Assembly (NCBI GenBank): GCA_964390565.1 | Contig: CAYMII010000001.1 | Span: 47,230 to 111,229, forward strand | Direction of reading: 5' to 3' | Length of the DNA stretch: 64,000 nt | Source of the DNA: an uncultured Rikenellaceae bacterium | GTDB lineage: Bacteria; Bacteroidota; Bacteroidia; Bacteroidales; Tenuifilaceae | Part shown: one piece after another, positions 33,798-42,751 of the stretch | How positions within the stretch are numbered: the first letter of the stretch is position 1 | How the letters are laid out: the number at the start of each line of letters is the position of its first letter | The notes under the pieces: model-generated | Databases searched by the model: none | Seen by the model: the letters and a program-made list of their open reading frames with translations, nothing else | Told to the model about the DNA's origin: nothing | Program-made: the position numbers and the translations under genes

Positions 33798-35669
33798 ATG
33801 AAATCTGTATTGAAGTACTTTGCATTAGCTATTCTTTTAAGTTTTGTTGCAAATTCGGTTTTTGCAGTTATTGCTTACCCATATCCAGTTGAAATAACTC
33901 AACTCGATGGGAGTAAATTAACCGTTATACTTAAAGGGGATGAGCATGTTAAATGGGCGCAGACAGTTGACGGGTACTCAATCCTTCGAAATGGTAAGGG
34001 TGTTTTTGAATATGCTATTAAAAATTCTAAAGGTGATATGATCCCTTCGGGCATTAGGGTAAGCAATAAAGAGAAGAGGAGTAATGCTGAAATTCAACTA
34101 TTACAAAAGACTAGTAAAAATTTAGGTTATTCTAAAAACCAAGTTTCATTAATGAAAAGGATTTCAAGAATAAAGCAAGTTGATTCTAAGAGAGCATTCC
34201 CAACAACTGGTTCAAGGAAGTTAATTTGCATATTAATGGAATTTCAAGATGTTAGTTTTACAAAAACTCAGACCGATTTTCAGAACTTATTTAATCAAGT
34301 AGGTTATTCGGCTGATGGTGCTTCAGGGAGTGTAAAAGATTATTACAAAGAAAATTCATACAATCAACTTGATTTAACCATTACAGTTGCAGGGCCTTAT
34401 ACTGCTGATAATAATATGGCTTATTATGGAGCGAATGATGGTGATGGATATGATTTAAGACCTGATGCATTAGTTAGCGAGGCAGTTACTAAGGCAAATG
34501 TAATTGTAAATTATGCAGACTATGATAATGATGGGAATGGTTATGTTGATGGAGTTTATGTAATATATGCAGGCTATGGAGAAGAGCGCACAGGTGTCCC
34601 AGCTGATGCCATATGGGCTCATGCATGGGAAATACCTGAAACAACTTTAGATGGAAAAAAAATTACTAGTTACTCCTGCTCGCCAGAGCTAAGGGGGAAT
34701 GATGGCACAGGTATTACTCGAATTGGGGTTATTTGTCATGAGTTTGGCCATGTATTAGGTGCTCCAGATTTTTATGATACTCAAACTGATGATGCTACTG
34801 ATTATCTAGGTTCCGGTGATTGGGATATGATGGCATCTGGTTCATGGAATAACGATGGTGCATCTCCTGCCCATCATAATGCTTTTACTAAGGTTTACGT
34901 TTACAATTGGGCAACGGCTACTACAATTACTACAACTTCAACCTTGACCTTAAATAATGCAGAGCTATATTCCAACAGTTTCTATAGAGTAAACACTGCT
35001 ACAAGTAATGAATATTTCCTAATAGAGAATCGCCAAAAGCATAAGTTTGATGCTGCATTACCTGGTCATGGTTTGATTATATACCATGTTGACGGTACTC
35101 ACATTAGTAATAATATTAATAGTAACGAAATAAATATATCTGCTCATCAAGGAATGTACCCTGTATGTGCGAGTGCAACAACAAATCCAAGCACAACAGT
35201 TAGTTCATATGGAAATATTAATACATCTGGTTGTACATATCCAGGTTCTTATAGCAAAACATCTTTTACAGATAATACTACTCCAAGTATGAAATCGTGG
35301 GCAGGAGCAAATACAAATAAACCAATCACAAATATTGTTGAAAGTACTACTAATAAAACTGTTTCGTTTACTGTAACTGCATCAACAGGAGTTAATGATA
35401 GTGAATCATCATTATATAAACTGGGACAAAACTATCCAAACCCTTTCGATAATAGTACAAATATTGATTTTACTCTAGTTAACCCTAGCAAGATTAAACT
35501 TACTGTATTTAACTCTCTTGGGCAGGTGGTTGATGTTATTGTTGATGAGTTTCTTTCTGCAGGGTCTCATTCATATACTTGGAGTCCAAAGAATGTTGCT
35601 TCAGGTATTTATTTTTATCAGCTTAATGTTGATGGAAATAAAGAGGTGAAACGAATGGTGAAAAAATAA
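33798..35669 (+). CDS. M6-family (immune inhibitor A-like) metalloprotease with T9SS C-terminal domain
   Basis: VICHEFGHVLGAPDFYD zinc site and a signal peptide. The C-terminal QNYPNPF...GIYFYQL...VKRMV is T9SS CTD-like. Confidence 0.85.
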   Translation: MKSVLKYFALAILLSFVANSVFAVIAYPYPVEITQLDGSKLTVILKGDEHVKWAQTVDGYSILRNGKGVFEYAIKNSKGDMIPSGIRVSNKEKRSNAEIQLLQKTSKNLGYSKNQVSLMKRISRIKQVDSKRAFPTTGSRKLICILMEFQDVSFTKTQTDFQNLFNQVGYSADGASGSVKDYYKENSYNQLDLTITVAGPYTADNNMAYYGANDGDGYDLRPDALVSEAVTKANVIVNYADYDNDGNGYVDGVYVIYAGYGEERTGVPADAIWAHAWEIPETTLDGKKITSYSCSPELRGNDGTGITRIGVICHEFGHVLGAPDFYDTQTDDATDYLGSGDWDMMASGSWNNDGASPAHHNAFTKVYVYNWATATTITTTSTLTLNNAELYSNSFYRVNTATSNEYFLIENRQKHKFDAALPGHGLIIYHVDGTHISNNINSNEINISAHQGMYPVCASATTNPSTTVSSYGNINTSGCTYPGSYSKTSFTDNTTPSMKSWAGANTNKPITNIVESTTNKTVSFTVTASTGVNDSESSLYKLGQNYPNPFDNSTNIDFTLVNPSKIKLTVFNSLGQVVDVIVDEFLSAGSHSYTWSPKNVASGIYFYQLNVDGNKEVKRMVKK

Positions 35670-35685
35670 AACGTACAGGCGCAAT

Positions 35686-35724
35686 AAAAAAGCCCTTCAG
35701 AAATTTTCTGAAGGGCTTTCTTTT
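35686..35724. terminator. bidirectional terminator (perfect 13-nt-arm palindrome)
   Basis: agcccttcagaaa (35691-35703) is the exact reverse complement of tttctgaagggct (35705-35717). It is flanked by AAAAA and TTCTTTT, between convergent genes. Confidence 0.75.
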
Positions 35725-35737
35725 ATGATGGTTCTAA

Positions 35738-37006
35738 CTAGAATTTTAACATTGCTTCAATTTGAACTTTCTCTGATATTTTGTTGCCCATAAACACATC
35801 TTTTAGAGCATCCATTGCAAAGATATTGCTTTGATTCAAGTACCAGAAGATGCTATACATAGCGCTATTGCGAGCACCAACTCTTTCACGGAAAGGTATT
35901 TTTACAACTTGTGCTCCAGTTGCAGGTGCCTCAAGGCTTTCATCAATCAATAAAAGACCACCTTTCATTCTACCTGCTGCTGCACGAGCATAGTTTAACC
36001 CATCAACTGATGTAATAACCAAAACATCAGGAATTGGTGAGCCAGTGTAAAGTATTTGCTCTGGTGATATTATAACTTCAGATGCAGAGAAACCAACACC
36101 AACAGTTACAGGGTAGCTACCCTTTTTAGTTGCGTTTAATCCCGTTAGCATTGCCGCTTTGGAAAGAAATTCAGCAGCTGATTGCACACCTTCACCAGCA
36201 GAACCAGAAAGCATAATGCTTACAGGTTTTGTTAGGTTGTGTGAATGTTTTGGAGTAATCTCAAACTTATCAGAGATTAAACTTTTTGGGGATTGATTAA
36301 GAGGTTTAGAATAAACCTTATCTTTTCCCGAAACAAAAGTTTTTACCTCCCAGCCCGAATCCTCAACTAGCTTCGAGAGTTTCATTCCTGGATTAGACTT
36401 TACTCCATAGCTTGGGCAGATTTCCATTACCTCAACTAGAGAGAATCCCTTTGCATTGAAAGCATCGACAAGAACATCACTGTAATCACCAATACCGATT
36501 ACGCGTTGAACGTGCGATGCACCAGCAGCAGTAATTAGCTCGCAAATATCATAACCCGCTTTAGCGCTTCCTTCGGGAAGAGTAGGGGTTTTGAAGCCAC
36601 ATGGTGTAAATTCAGATGGTTGACCACCAGTCATACCGTATAGCATGTTGTTGTGAACCACAACAGTCATATCGAAACCAAGGTGCGCTGCACCGATAAG
36701 ATGTTGCATACCGATGGTTGCACCGCCATCGCCAACAAAAACAATCACTTTTTTAGTTGGGTTGCTAATCGCTGCAGCGATACCCCCACCTAATGCTACA
36801 GAACGACCGTGAAGTCCGTGAACTGTATGTGTTAGGAAACTCTTATCCACAATACCATGGCAACCGATATCGGTTACAAGGATAACATCGAGCAGGTCAA
36901 CGCCCATTTTTTGGAGTGCCTTCTCGGTATTTTGGGTAATTGTAGCATGTCCACAACCTTTACAGAAAGGTAATTCGGACCCTGTTAGGAATGATATATT
37001 ATTCAT
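35738..37006 (-). CDS. 2-oxoacid:ferredoxin oxidoreductase, fused beta (TPP-binding) and gamma domains
   Basis: FCKGCGH, FVGDGGATIGMQH and NNMLYGMTGGQ (TPP motif). The C-terminal SGSAGEGVQSAAEFL is a POR-gamma-type domain. Confidence 0.85.
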   Translation of the reverse strand: MNNISFLTGSELPFCKGCGHATITQNTEKALQKMGVDLLDVILVTDIGCHGIVDKSFLTHTVHGLHGRSVALGGGIAAAISNPTKKVIVFVGDGGATIGMQHLIGAAHLGFDMTVVVHNNMLYGMTGGQPSEFTPCGFKTPTLPEGSAKAGYDICELITAAGASHVQRVIGIGDYSDVLVDAFNAKGFSLVEVMEICPSYGVKSNPGMKLSKLVEDSGWEVKTFVSGKDKVYSKPLNQSPKSLISDKFEITPKHSHNLTKPVSIMLSGSAGEGVQSAAEFLSKAAMLTGLNATKKGSYPVTVGVGFSASEVIISPEQILYTGSPIPDVLVITSVDGLNYARAAAGRMKGGLLLIDESLEAPATGAQVVKIPFRERVGARNSAMYSIFWYLNQSNIFAMDALKDVFMGNKISEKVQIEAMLKF

Positions 37007-38129
37007 TGCGAAGTACCTCCTCTATGATTTCGTTAGGACTAATCATTTTTGCAATGCCATTAACCCCTGTAACGCCTTTGCGACCTGCAACACCAAAGAG
37101 TAATTGACGTAATTGACCAGTTAAATTCTCTTCGGCAACAACAATTCTAGAATATCTATTTGCTATTTCGATGTACTCCTTTGGAATTGGAAGTAAGGTC
37201 TTAGCAGCAAGGAATGATACTTTTTTGCCCTGTAAACGGAGCTGTTTAACCGCTTCGCGTGATGCTTGAGCAGTAATATCGTAAGAGATAATTAGAGTAT
37301 CGGCATCCTTTTGCTCATCGAGCTCAAAGAAGGTGTACTCTTTGATATGCTTTTCGTGCTTTTTCTGAAGCCTCTTTGTGTTATCTATCGCCTCTGGCGA
37401 TGTATTTTGTAAAATACCCTTTGTGTCATGGGTTGATGCAGTAATTCTAACCTGATGCTCCTTTTGATTTACAGCAAGGAATTCAGGAACTAAAACATCA
37501 TTGTAAGCATAAGGCAGATAAGGTGCTTTACCCTCAAAGGTTTTAATCTTGGTTGGTTTTATTTCAGATAGTTTTGACCAATCGTAGCTTAAAAGAGTCA
37601 TTACCATCTCCTTTGAAGTTAGAAGAACAACAGGAGTTCTTAGCTTGATCGCTGTTTCAACGGCTTTTGCCGATAAATCCCAGCAATCATCAATATTGCT
37701 GATGCAAAGGGTTGGTAATTCGAACCCTCCAGAAAGTGTTCCGTAAACAACCGATAAATCCCCTTGAGCACCACAAGTTGCGGTACCAGTAGCTGGGCCA
37801 AGGCGTTGAACAAGGATAATTACCATTGGCAACTCCTGTATATACGCCATGTTGATAGATTCAACCATCAAGGCATAGCCAGGGAAAGATGTAGCAGTAA
37901 CTGGTACATGACCAGCAGCTGCAAATCCTGCCATCCACTGCAAGGTGGTAATTTCATCGGGGGCAGCAAGCATTGTTGGATAACGCTTACTAGCGTAGAG
38001 ATATAGGTTATTTGCGGGTGTAATGGGATACCCAATAAACACATCCGCACCAGCTCTAACACACGACTCCGTTATCAACCTTGAACCGTCGATAAAGGCT
38101 TTCGTTTTACTTTCCGTTGTTGCGTGCAT
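36999..38129 (-). CDS. 2-oxoacid:ferredoxin oxidoreductase alpha subunit
   Basis: GYPITPAN and TSFPGYALMVESI, KorA/PorA-like pyrimidine-binding and domain II patterns. It overlaps the beta/gamma start by 8 nt. Confidence 0.85.
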   Translation of the reverse strand: MHATTESKTKAFIDGSRLITESCVRAGADVFIGYPITPANNLYLYASKRYPTMLAAPDEITTLQWMAGFAAAGHVPVTATSFPGYALMVESINMAYIQELPMVIILVQRLGPATGTATCGAQGDLSVVYGTLSGGFELPTLCISNIDDCWDLSAKAVETAIKLRTPVVLLTSKEMVMTLLSYDWSKLSEIKPTKIKTFEGKAPYLPYAYNDVLVPEFLAVNQKEHQVRITASTHDTKGILQNTSPEAIDNTKRLQKKHEKHIKEYTFFELDEQKDADTLIISYDITAQASREAVKQLRLQGKKVSFLAAKTLLPIPKEYIEIANRYSRIVVAEENLTGQLRQLLFGVAGRKGVTGVNGIAKMISPNEIIEEVLRNE

Positions 38130-39327
38130 AAACTACATTATTTTCGATTAAACACTGTATATTTTCTGTTGAGAAACCAAGCATATCCTTTAAAACTTGC
38201 ATTGTATGCTCCCCATAATGAGGCGGAGCAGAAATAGCACTAGGTTTATCTTTTCCATTAAAGGTAAATGCTATCGTTCTAAGCCCTTTAATTCTCATTC
38301 CTGAACCAGTTGTTGACTCCATTACTAGTTCCTTAGCCTCGGGAAGTTCAAAAACTTCTTGCATGTTAAAAACGCCACCAGCAGGAACACTTTTTTTATC
38401 TAATAGTTCAAGGAAAGGATCCCTTTCAACTTCACCAATTAGTTGTTGAAGAATAGCAACCACCTCTTCTCTATTGCTAACCCTGTTGAAATTATTAGCA
38501 AACTTAGGATCTTTAGCCAATTCGGGTTTTCCCAGAATTGAACAAAGGTCAGAAAATTGTTTGTCGTTTCCAACAGCCAAAACAACAGGTTTTTCATCCT
38601 TTGTATAAAATATGGTTCCGTAAGGAACGATGTTTGGATGATCGGAACCCATCTGCTTAGGAATGCTTTCGCCAACAAGCCAATTGGTTGCCTGATTTGC
38701 CAGCGAAGCAACTCCGCTCTTTATCAAGCTAACCTCAAAGTATTGACCGTTTCCAGTGCGCTCACGATTAAGCAGTGCAAGTAAAACAGCCTCTTTAATC
38801 TGATGACTTGCAAGTAAATCCATTAATGCCACAGGCATTTTAACAGGTTTGCCATTTGGCTCACCATTCATGAACGTATATCCGCTTTCGGCTTGAATAA
38901 TGGCATCGTAACCAGCACGTGGGTTCTTAAGTCCATAACCAGTTAGGTGAGCGTATATCAATTTCTTATTACGCTGGCTAAGCGTATTATAATCAACTTT
39001 AAGCTTCTCGGCATCGCCGGGTTTGTAGCTAACCAAAACGATATCACAAATTGAGGCTAAACGGTAAACAATATCTAGTCCATCAGGCGTATTAAGGTTA
39101 AGCGAGATAGATTTCTTTCCCCAGTTGGCACAGCTGAAATACCCCGAAATATCAGTTGTTGAATCCTCAGATGTTAACTTCCATGTACGGGTTACATCGC
39201 CACAGGTTAAAAGGTTTTCAACCTTAATAACCGTTGCTCCAAGTTCGGCTAGTGAAACACCTACAGTTGGGCCAGCAAGGACATTGGCAAGTTCTAAAAC
39301 TCTTATCTCTTTTAAAGGCAAAAACAT
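38107..39327 (-). CDS. family III CoA-transferase (CaiB/BaiF/SUGCT-like)
   Basis: RVLELANVLAGP, VIKVE, 406 aa and the catalytic-Asp region (MDLLAS) fit the interlocked-dimer family. Confidence 0.85.
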   Translation of the reverse strand: MFLPLKEIRVLELANVLAGPTVGVSLAELGATVIKVENLLTCGDVTRTWKLTSEDSTTDISGYFSCANWGKKSISLNLNTPDGLDIVYRLASICDIVLVSYKPGDAEKLKVDYNTLSQRNKKLIYAHLTGYGLKNPRAGYDAIIQAESGYTFMNGEPNGKPVKMPVALMDLLASHQIKEAVLLALLNRERTGNGQYFEVSLIKSGVASLANQATNWLVGESIPKQMGSDHPNIVPYGTIFYTKDEKPVVLAVGNDKQFSDLCSILGKPELAKDPKFANNFNRVSNREEVVAILQQLIGEVERDPFLELLDKKSVPAGGVFNMQEVFELPEAKELVMESTTGSGMRIKGLRTIAFTFNGKDKPSAISAPPHYGEHTMQVLKDMLGFSTENIQCLIENNVVYARNNGK

Positions 39328-39331
39328 TGTA

Positions 39332-40786
39332 TTATACTTTTTGTGCTAGTTCTCTTTTCTTTTTAAATCTTGAATACATATTTCCAACAAAAATGAAGAA
39401 GATTGTAGCAATGATACTTGCATAGGTTTTGTCGAGGTTAAACCATTCCATTTTTCTCGCTATTAGGCTAAATACAATTGCAAGTGTACCACCTATAAAT
39501 GCGAAACGAACAGCATACTGTGATATCCAATTTAACTTGTAAATACCTAAAAGGATTACAATTGCACCAATTGCACGAATTGCGTACGAGAAATAACCCG
39601 CATCAAGTACTGCACCATGGATAAAAATTGCCATGGGAACAGTAATAAGATTAACTAGAATTACCAAACGACGAGCGAATCTCAGCACGTTTTCGTCGGT
39701 TGCATCCTTTTTGAAAAGACCATGATAGATATCTTTTGTAGCAATGGTAACGATGGCAAAGTTAACAGGTCCAATGGTTGAAAGGATTGCTGCAAGAATT
39801 GCCGCAATTGCAAGTCCTCCAAGTACTGGATGAATAAACTCTGGAGTCATAAGTAGTCGTGGTAAAACCTCTTTTGCATCAACTACGGTTGCTGGGTCGA
39901 AGAAGATTCCGCTTCGTGCCATCAAACCTAAAAAGGCGGTCATTAACCCGAAAGGAGCAATGAAAAGTGCTGATAGAATTGCTGCACGTTTAGCTGTTAA
40001 GGGAGTTTTTGCTGCAAATACAGGCTGGATACTTGCCTGAGCAGCCATACCACCAAGGATTCCACCAAGGATTAAGCTAAATGCTGCTGTCCATCCCATG
40101 CTAAATGGGTTATAGTAGTTCGTTGGAGCGCCTGCTGCAACGAGTTTTTCCGATAATACTGAGAAATTCCCGATTGCCATAAATCCTACCACAACTGCAA
40201 TTCCAATTCCAATATATCGAACTATTAAGTTAATAATAGCAACGATGGTAAGCGCGTGCATCCCTCCAATATACATATAAAGCGTTGTTATTGCTGCGCC
40301 AAGAATAACTGCCCAAATCCAGTTGATATTAAAAATGGGGGCTAAAACGTGCGAAAAAGTAGTTAACTCAACATAAGCTAAAGTGATGAATGCGATAAGG
40401 AATGCAATAGCTGAAATAGTTCTTGCCTTTTTACCAAAGATGCTCTCAATCATCTCGCTTACAGTATGCACTTTCTTTTCGCGATAGTGCTTTGCGAGGG
40501 TAAAACCTAAAATGAGCATCCCTATTGCAGTGGAAATATTGTAAAGAATTGGTTGAAGCGACATGGTGTGGAACGCTTTTTCGCTAACACCAATTGTACT
40601 CAACCCACCAAGCCATTCGGCTGCAATAACAATTGAACAGACTAGCACGCCTAGGTTACGACCAGCAACTAGGTAATCTGATGATGATTTTGTGGCAATC
40701 TTTTTTGTTAAAAATGATATGCCAATCACTAAAGCAAAGTAAGAAAGAACCACCCATATATATGGGTTTGAGAAAACAGAATCCAT
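39332..40786 (-). CDS. sodium:solute symporter (SSS) family transporter
   Basis: About 13 TM segments and 484 aa, with a general SSS pattern (GRNLG, AEWLGG). It ends 4 nt upstream of the CoA-transferase start. Confidence 0.8.
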   Translation of the reverse strand: MDSVFSNPYIWVVLSYFALVIGISFLTKKIATKSSSDYLVAGRNLGVLVCSIVIAAEWLGGLSTIGVSEKAFHTMSLQPILYNISTAIGMLILGFTLAKHYREKKVHTVSEMIESIFGKKARTISAIAFLIAFITLAYVELTTFSHVLAPIFNINWIWAVILGAAITTLYMYIGGMHALTIVAIINLIVRYIGIGIAVVVGFMAIGNFSVLSEKLVAAGAPTNYYNPFSMGWTAAFSLILGGILGGMAAQASIQPVFAAKTPLTAKRAAILSALFIAPFGLMTAFLGLMARSGIFFDPATVVDAKEVLPRLLMTPEFIHPVLGGLAIAAILAAILSTIGPVNFAIVTIATKDIYHGLFKKDATDENVLRFARRLVILVNLITVPMAIFIHGAVLDAGYFSYAIRAIGAIVILLGIYKLNWISQYAVRFAFIGGTLAIVFSLIARKMEWFNLDKTYASIIATIFFIFVGNMYSRFKKKRELAQKV

Positions 40787-41000
40787 AATAATATGATTAA
40801 AAGTGCGATTTAAAATTAATGTTTGCGAATATATGTAAATCTTTTAGCAGGAGAGGTCTTTTAATTGATATTTAAAAGCATATTTTGATTTTCTATATTG
40901 ATTTGGAAGCGTAAATGCTATTTTATTGATGAAGTGTTACTTAATACTTAAACGATCGTTTTGGGTGAAGAAGGCAGAAGGCAGTACAAGTAACCGGTCA

Positions 41001-41768
41001 CTATTTAATTACAAACCCATCAGCATCAAGGTGAGCAGGGAATGCTTTTCGGAAGTTGATTACCTCTTGTATGTTGATGTTTGCTGATATAACTTGATTT
41101 TCATTGGGATTTGCGAGAGCGATAATTTTTCCCAGTGGGTCGATAATTTGTGAATCGCCAGTGTAGTTTACTCCATTACCATCTAAACCAACCCTATTGC
41201 AGGCTGCAACGTAGCATTGGTTCTCAATTGCCCTAGCGGGCAAAAGGGTATTCCAAGCGTATCGGCGTGCTTCGGGGAAGTTGGCAACTATCAGAATCAT
41301 ATCGTAATCGTTCTGATTGCGACTCCAAACCGGGAAGCGCAAATCGTAGCAAACAAGTAGGAGTATTCTGAAATCTTTATATGTAACAACTACACGATGG
41401 ATTCCTTCATCGTAATACTTGTGCTCGCCCGACATGCGGAATAGGTGCCGTTTATCGTAATGCTCCAATTTTCCATCGGGATGAGCAAACACCAAACGGT
41501 TAAAGTATTTGCTATCCTCTTCAATAATTATACTTCCTGCAATTGCGACACCTTTGGTAATCGCCTTTTGTTGCATCCATTTAACCGATTGACCGGGCCA
41601 TTCCTCGGCCAGATTCTCGGGCGACATGGAAAAGCCAGTTGTAAACATCTCAGGCAAAATAATCAAATCGACATCACCTTTTAAAGCGTCGATCTTCTCA
41701 TCAAACATCTTCAGGTTTTTCGATGCTGATTCCCAGTGCAGCTTGGTTTGAATGATTGAAATGTTCAT
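41001..41768 (-). CDS. carbon-nitrogen hydrolase (omega-amidase/YafV-like)
   Basis: A Glu-Lys-Cys triad context: LPEMFTTGF, DKRHLF, LLVCYDLRFPVW. Confidence 0.85.
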   Translation of the reverse strand: MNISIIQTKLHWESASKNLKMFDEKIDALKGDVDLIILPEMFTTGFSMSPENLAEEWPGQSVKWMQQKAITKGVAIAGSIIIEEDSKYFNRLVFAHPDGKLEHYDKRHLFRMSGEHKYYDEGIHRVVVTYKDFRILLLVCYDLRFPVWSRNQNDYDMILIVANFPEARRYAWNTLLPARAIENQCYVAACNRVGLDGNGVNYTGDSQIIDPLGKIIALANPNENQVISANINIQEVINFRKAFPAHLDADGFVIK

Positions 41769-41783
41769 CTTAAATAAGTCTGT

Positions 41784-42488
41784 CTAGCCTTTTAAACTCA
41801 CTTGATTAAGTCGGTCGTAGTCACAAATTTCGATATATTCATTAGTAACCTTTATAAGACCATCAGCTTTAAATTTTGTGATAATTCGAGAGATGCTTTC
41901 GATTGACATTCCGCAAAGCTCGGCAAATTCCTTACGGGTAAGCTGAAGAGGAAATTTCTGGGTTTTATAAATTCTATTAGCAAGACAAAGAATAACATCA
42001 GCAAGCCTTCCATAGTTTTGTTTCATTGTTAAACAGTAGAATCGGCCATTCGATATTAGAGTCTGTTCTGCAAGGGTATTAATTATTTTTGCAGCAAAAG
42101 CAGGATTGGATTTAATTAGCTGGTTAACAATGTTTATTTCAATGAGACTTATCTTCGATTCCATATAAACCTGTGCAGAATATTGGTATGTTGTATGGCC
42201 TTCGATAAGCGAAGATAAACCAATAATATTCACAGGAGGGAATAGTTGAAGTATCAGGTTATCATTAACCCCTTCAATGTACGTTTTTGCTAAACCCTCA
42301 CGAATAATCATTATATGCGTGGCAAATGAACCTTGTTTACATATAATCTCTCCCTTTTTATATGAGATATCAACGGTTTTTGAATCTAAAAACAGTTTCT
42401 CATCATTGGTTAAAAGGTCAATACACTCAAGTTTGTTAGTTCCTATTGAGCAGCTATCGAGGATAGTATTCTTATTATTCCCATTCAT
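41784..42488 (-). CDS. Crp/Fnr-family transcriptional regulator
   Basis: A cNMP-binding beta-roll (GEIICKQGSFATHIMIIREGLAK) and a C-terminal HTH (LTRKEFAELCGMSIESISRIITKF). No N-terminal Cys cluster of the E. coli FNR type is evident. Confidence 0.85.
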   Translation of the reverse strand: MNGNNKNTILDSCSIGTNKLECIDLLTNDEKLFLDSKTVDISYKKGEIICKQGSFATHIMIIREGLAKTYIEGVNDNLILQLFPPVNIIGLSSLIEGHTTYQYSAQVYMESKISLIEINIVNQLIKSNPAFAAKIINTLAEQTLISNGRFYCLTMKQNYGRLADVILCLANRIYKTQKFPLQLTRKEFAELCGMSIESISRIITKFKADGLIKVTNEYIEICDYDRLNQVSLKG

Positions 42489-42538
42489 TTTTTTAAACTA
42501 AGATTTACAAATATACTAATCTATATAACATAAATCAT

Positions 42539-42552
42539 TTGATTTATATCAG
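42539..42552. promoter_or_regulatory. Crp/Fnr-type palindrome TTGAT-N4-ATCAG
   Basis: ttgatttatatcag, read directly, matches the TTGAT-N4-ATCAA consensus at 9 of 10 positions. It lies in the divergent region between the regulator gene and the cytochrome gene. Confidence 0.45.
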
Positions 42553-42629
42553 CTCCATTCTTGATCAGGAAACCATTTCGTTTTGCTTCATGAGATCTGG
42601 TTTTCTAAATATAATCTTATACGAAAGAA

Positions 42630-42637
42630 TACATTTG
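42630..42637 (+). promoter_or_regulatory. TAnnTTTG box upstream of the cytochrome gene
   Basis: tacatttg at 42630-42637, about 115 nt upstream of ATG 42752. Confidence 0.3.
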
Positions 42638-42751
42638 CTGTTATTCAGATAACAATCGTTGGACCTTATTTTTTTGCATAAATAAATAGTTAACAGTCCA
42701 ATTGATGAATAGTTTAAAAAATATTATCAAGCATAATAAAATACTAGGAAC

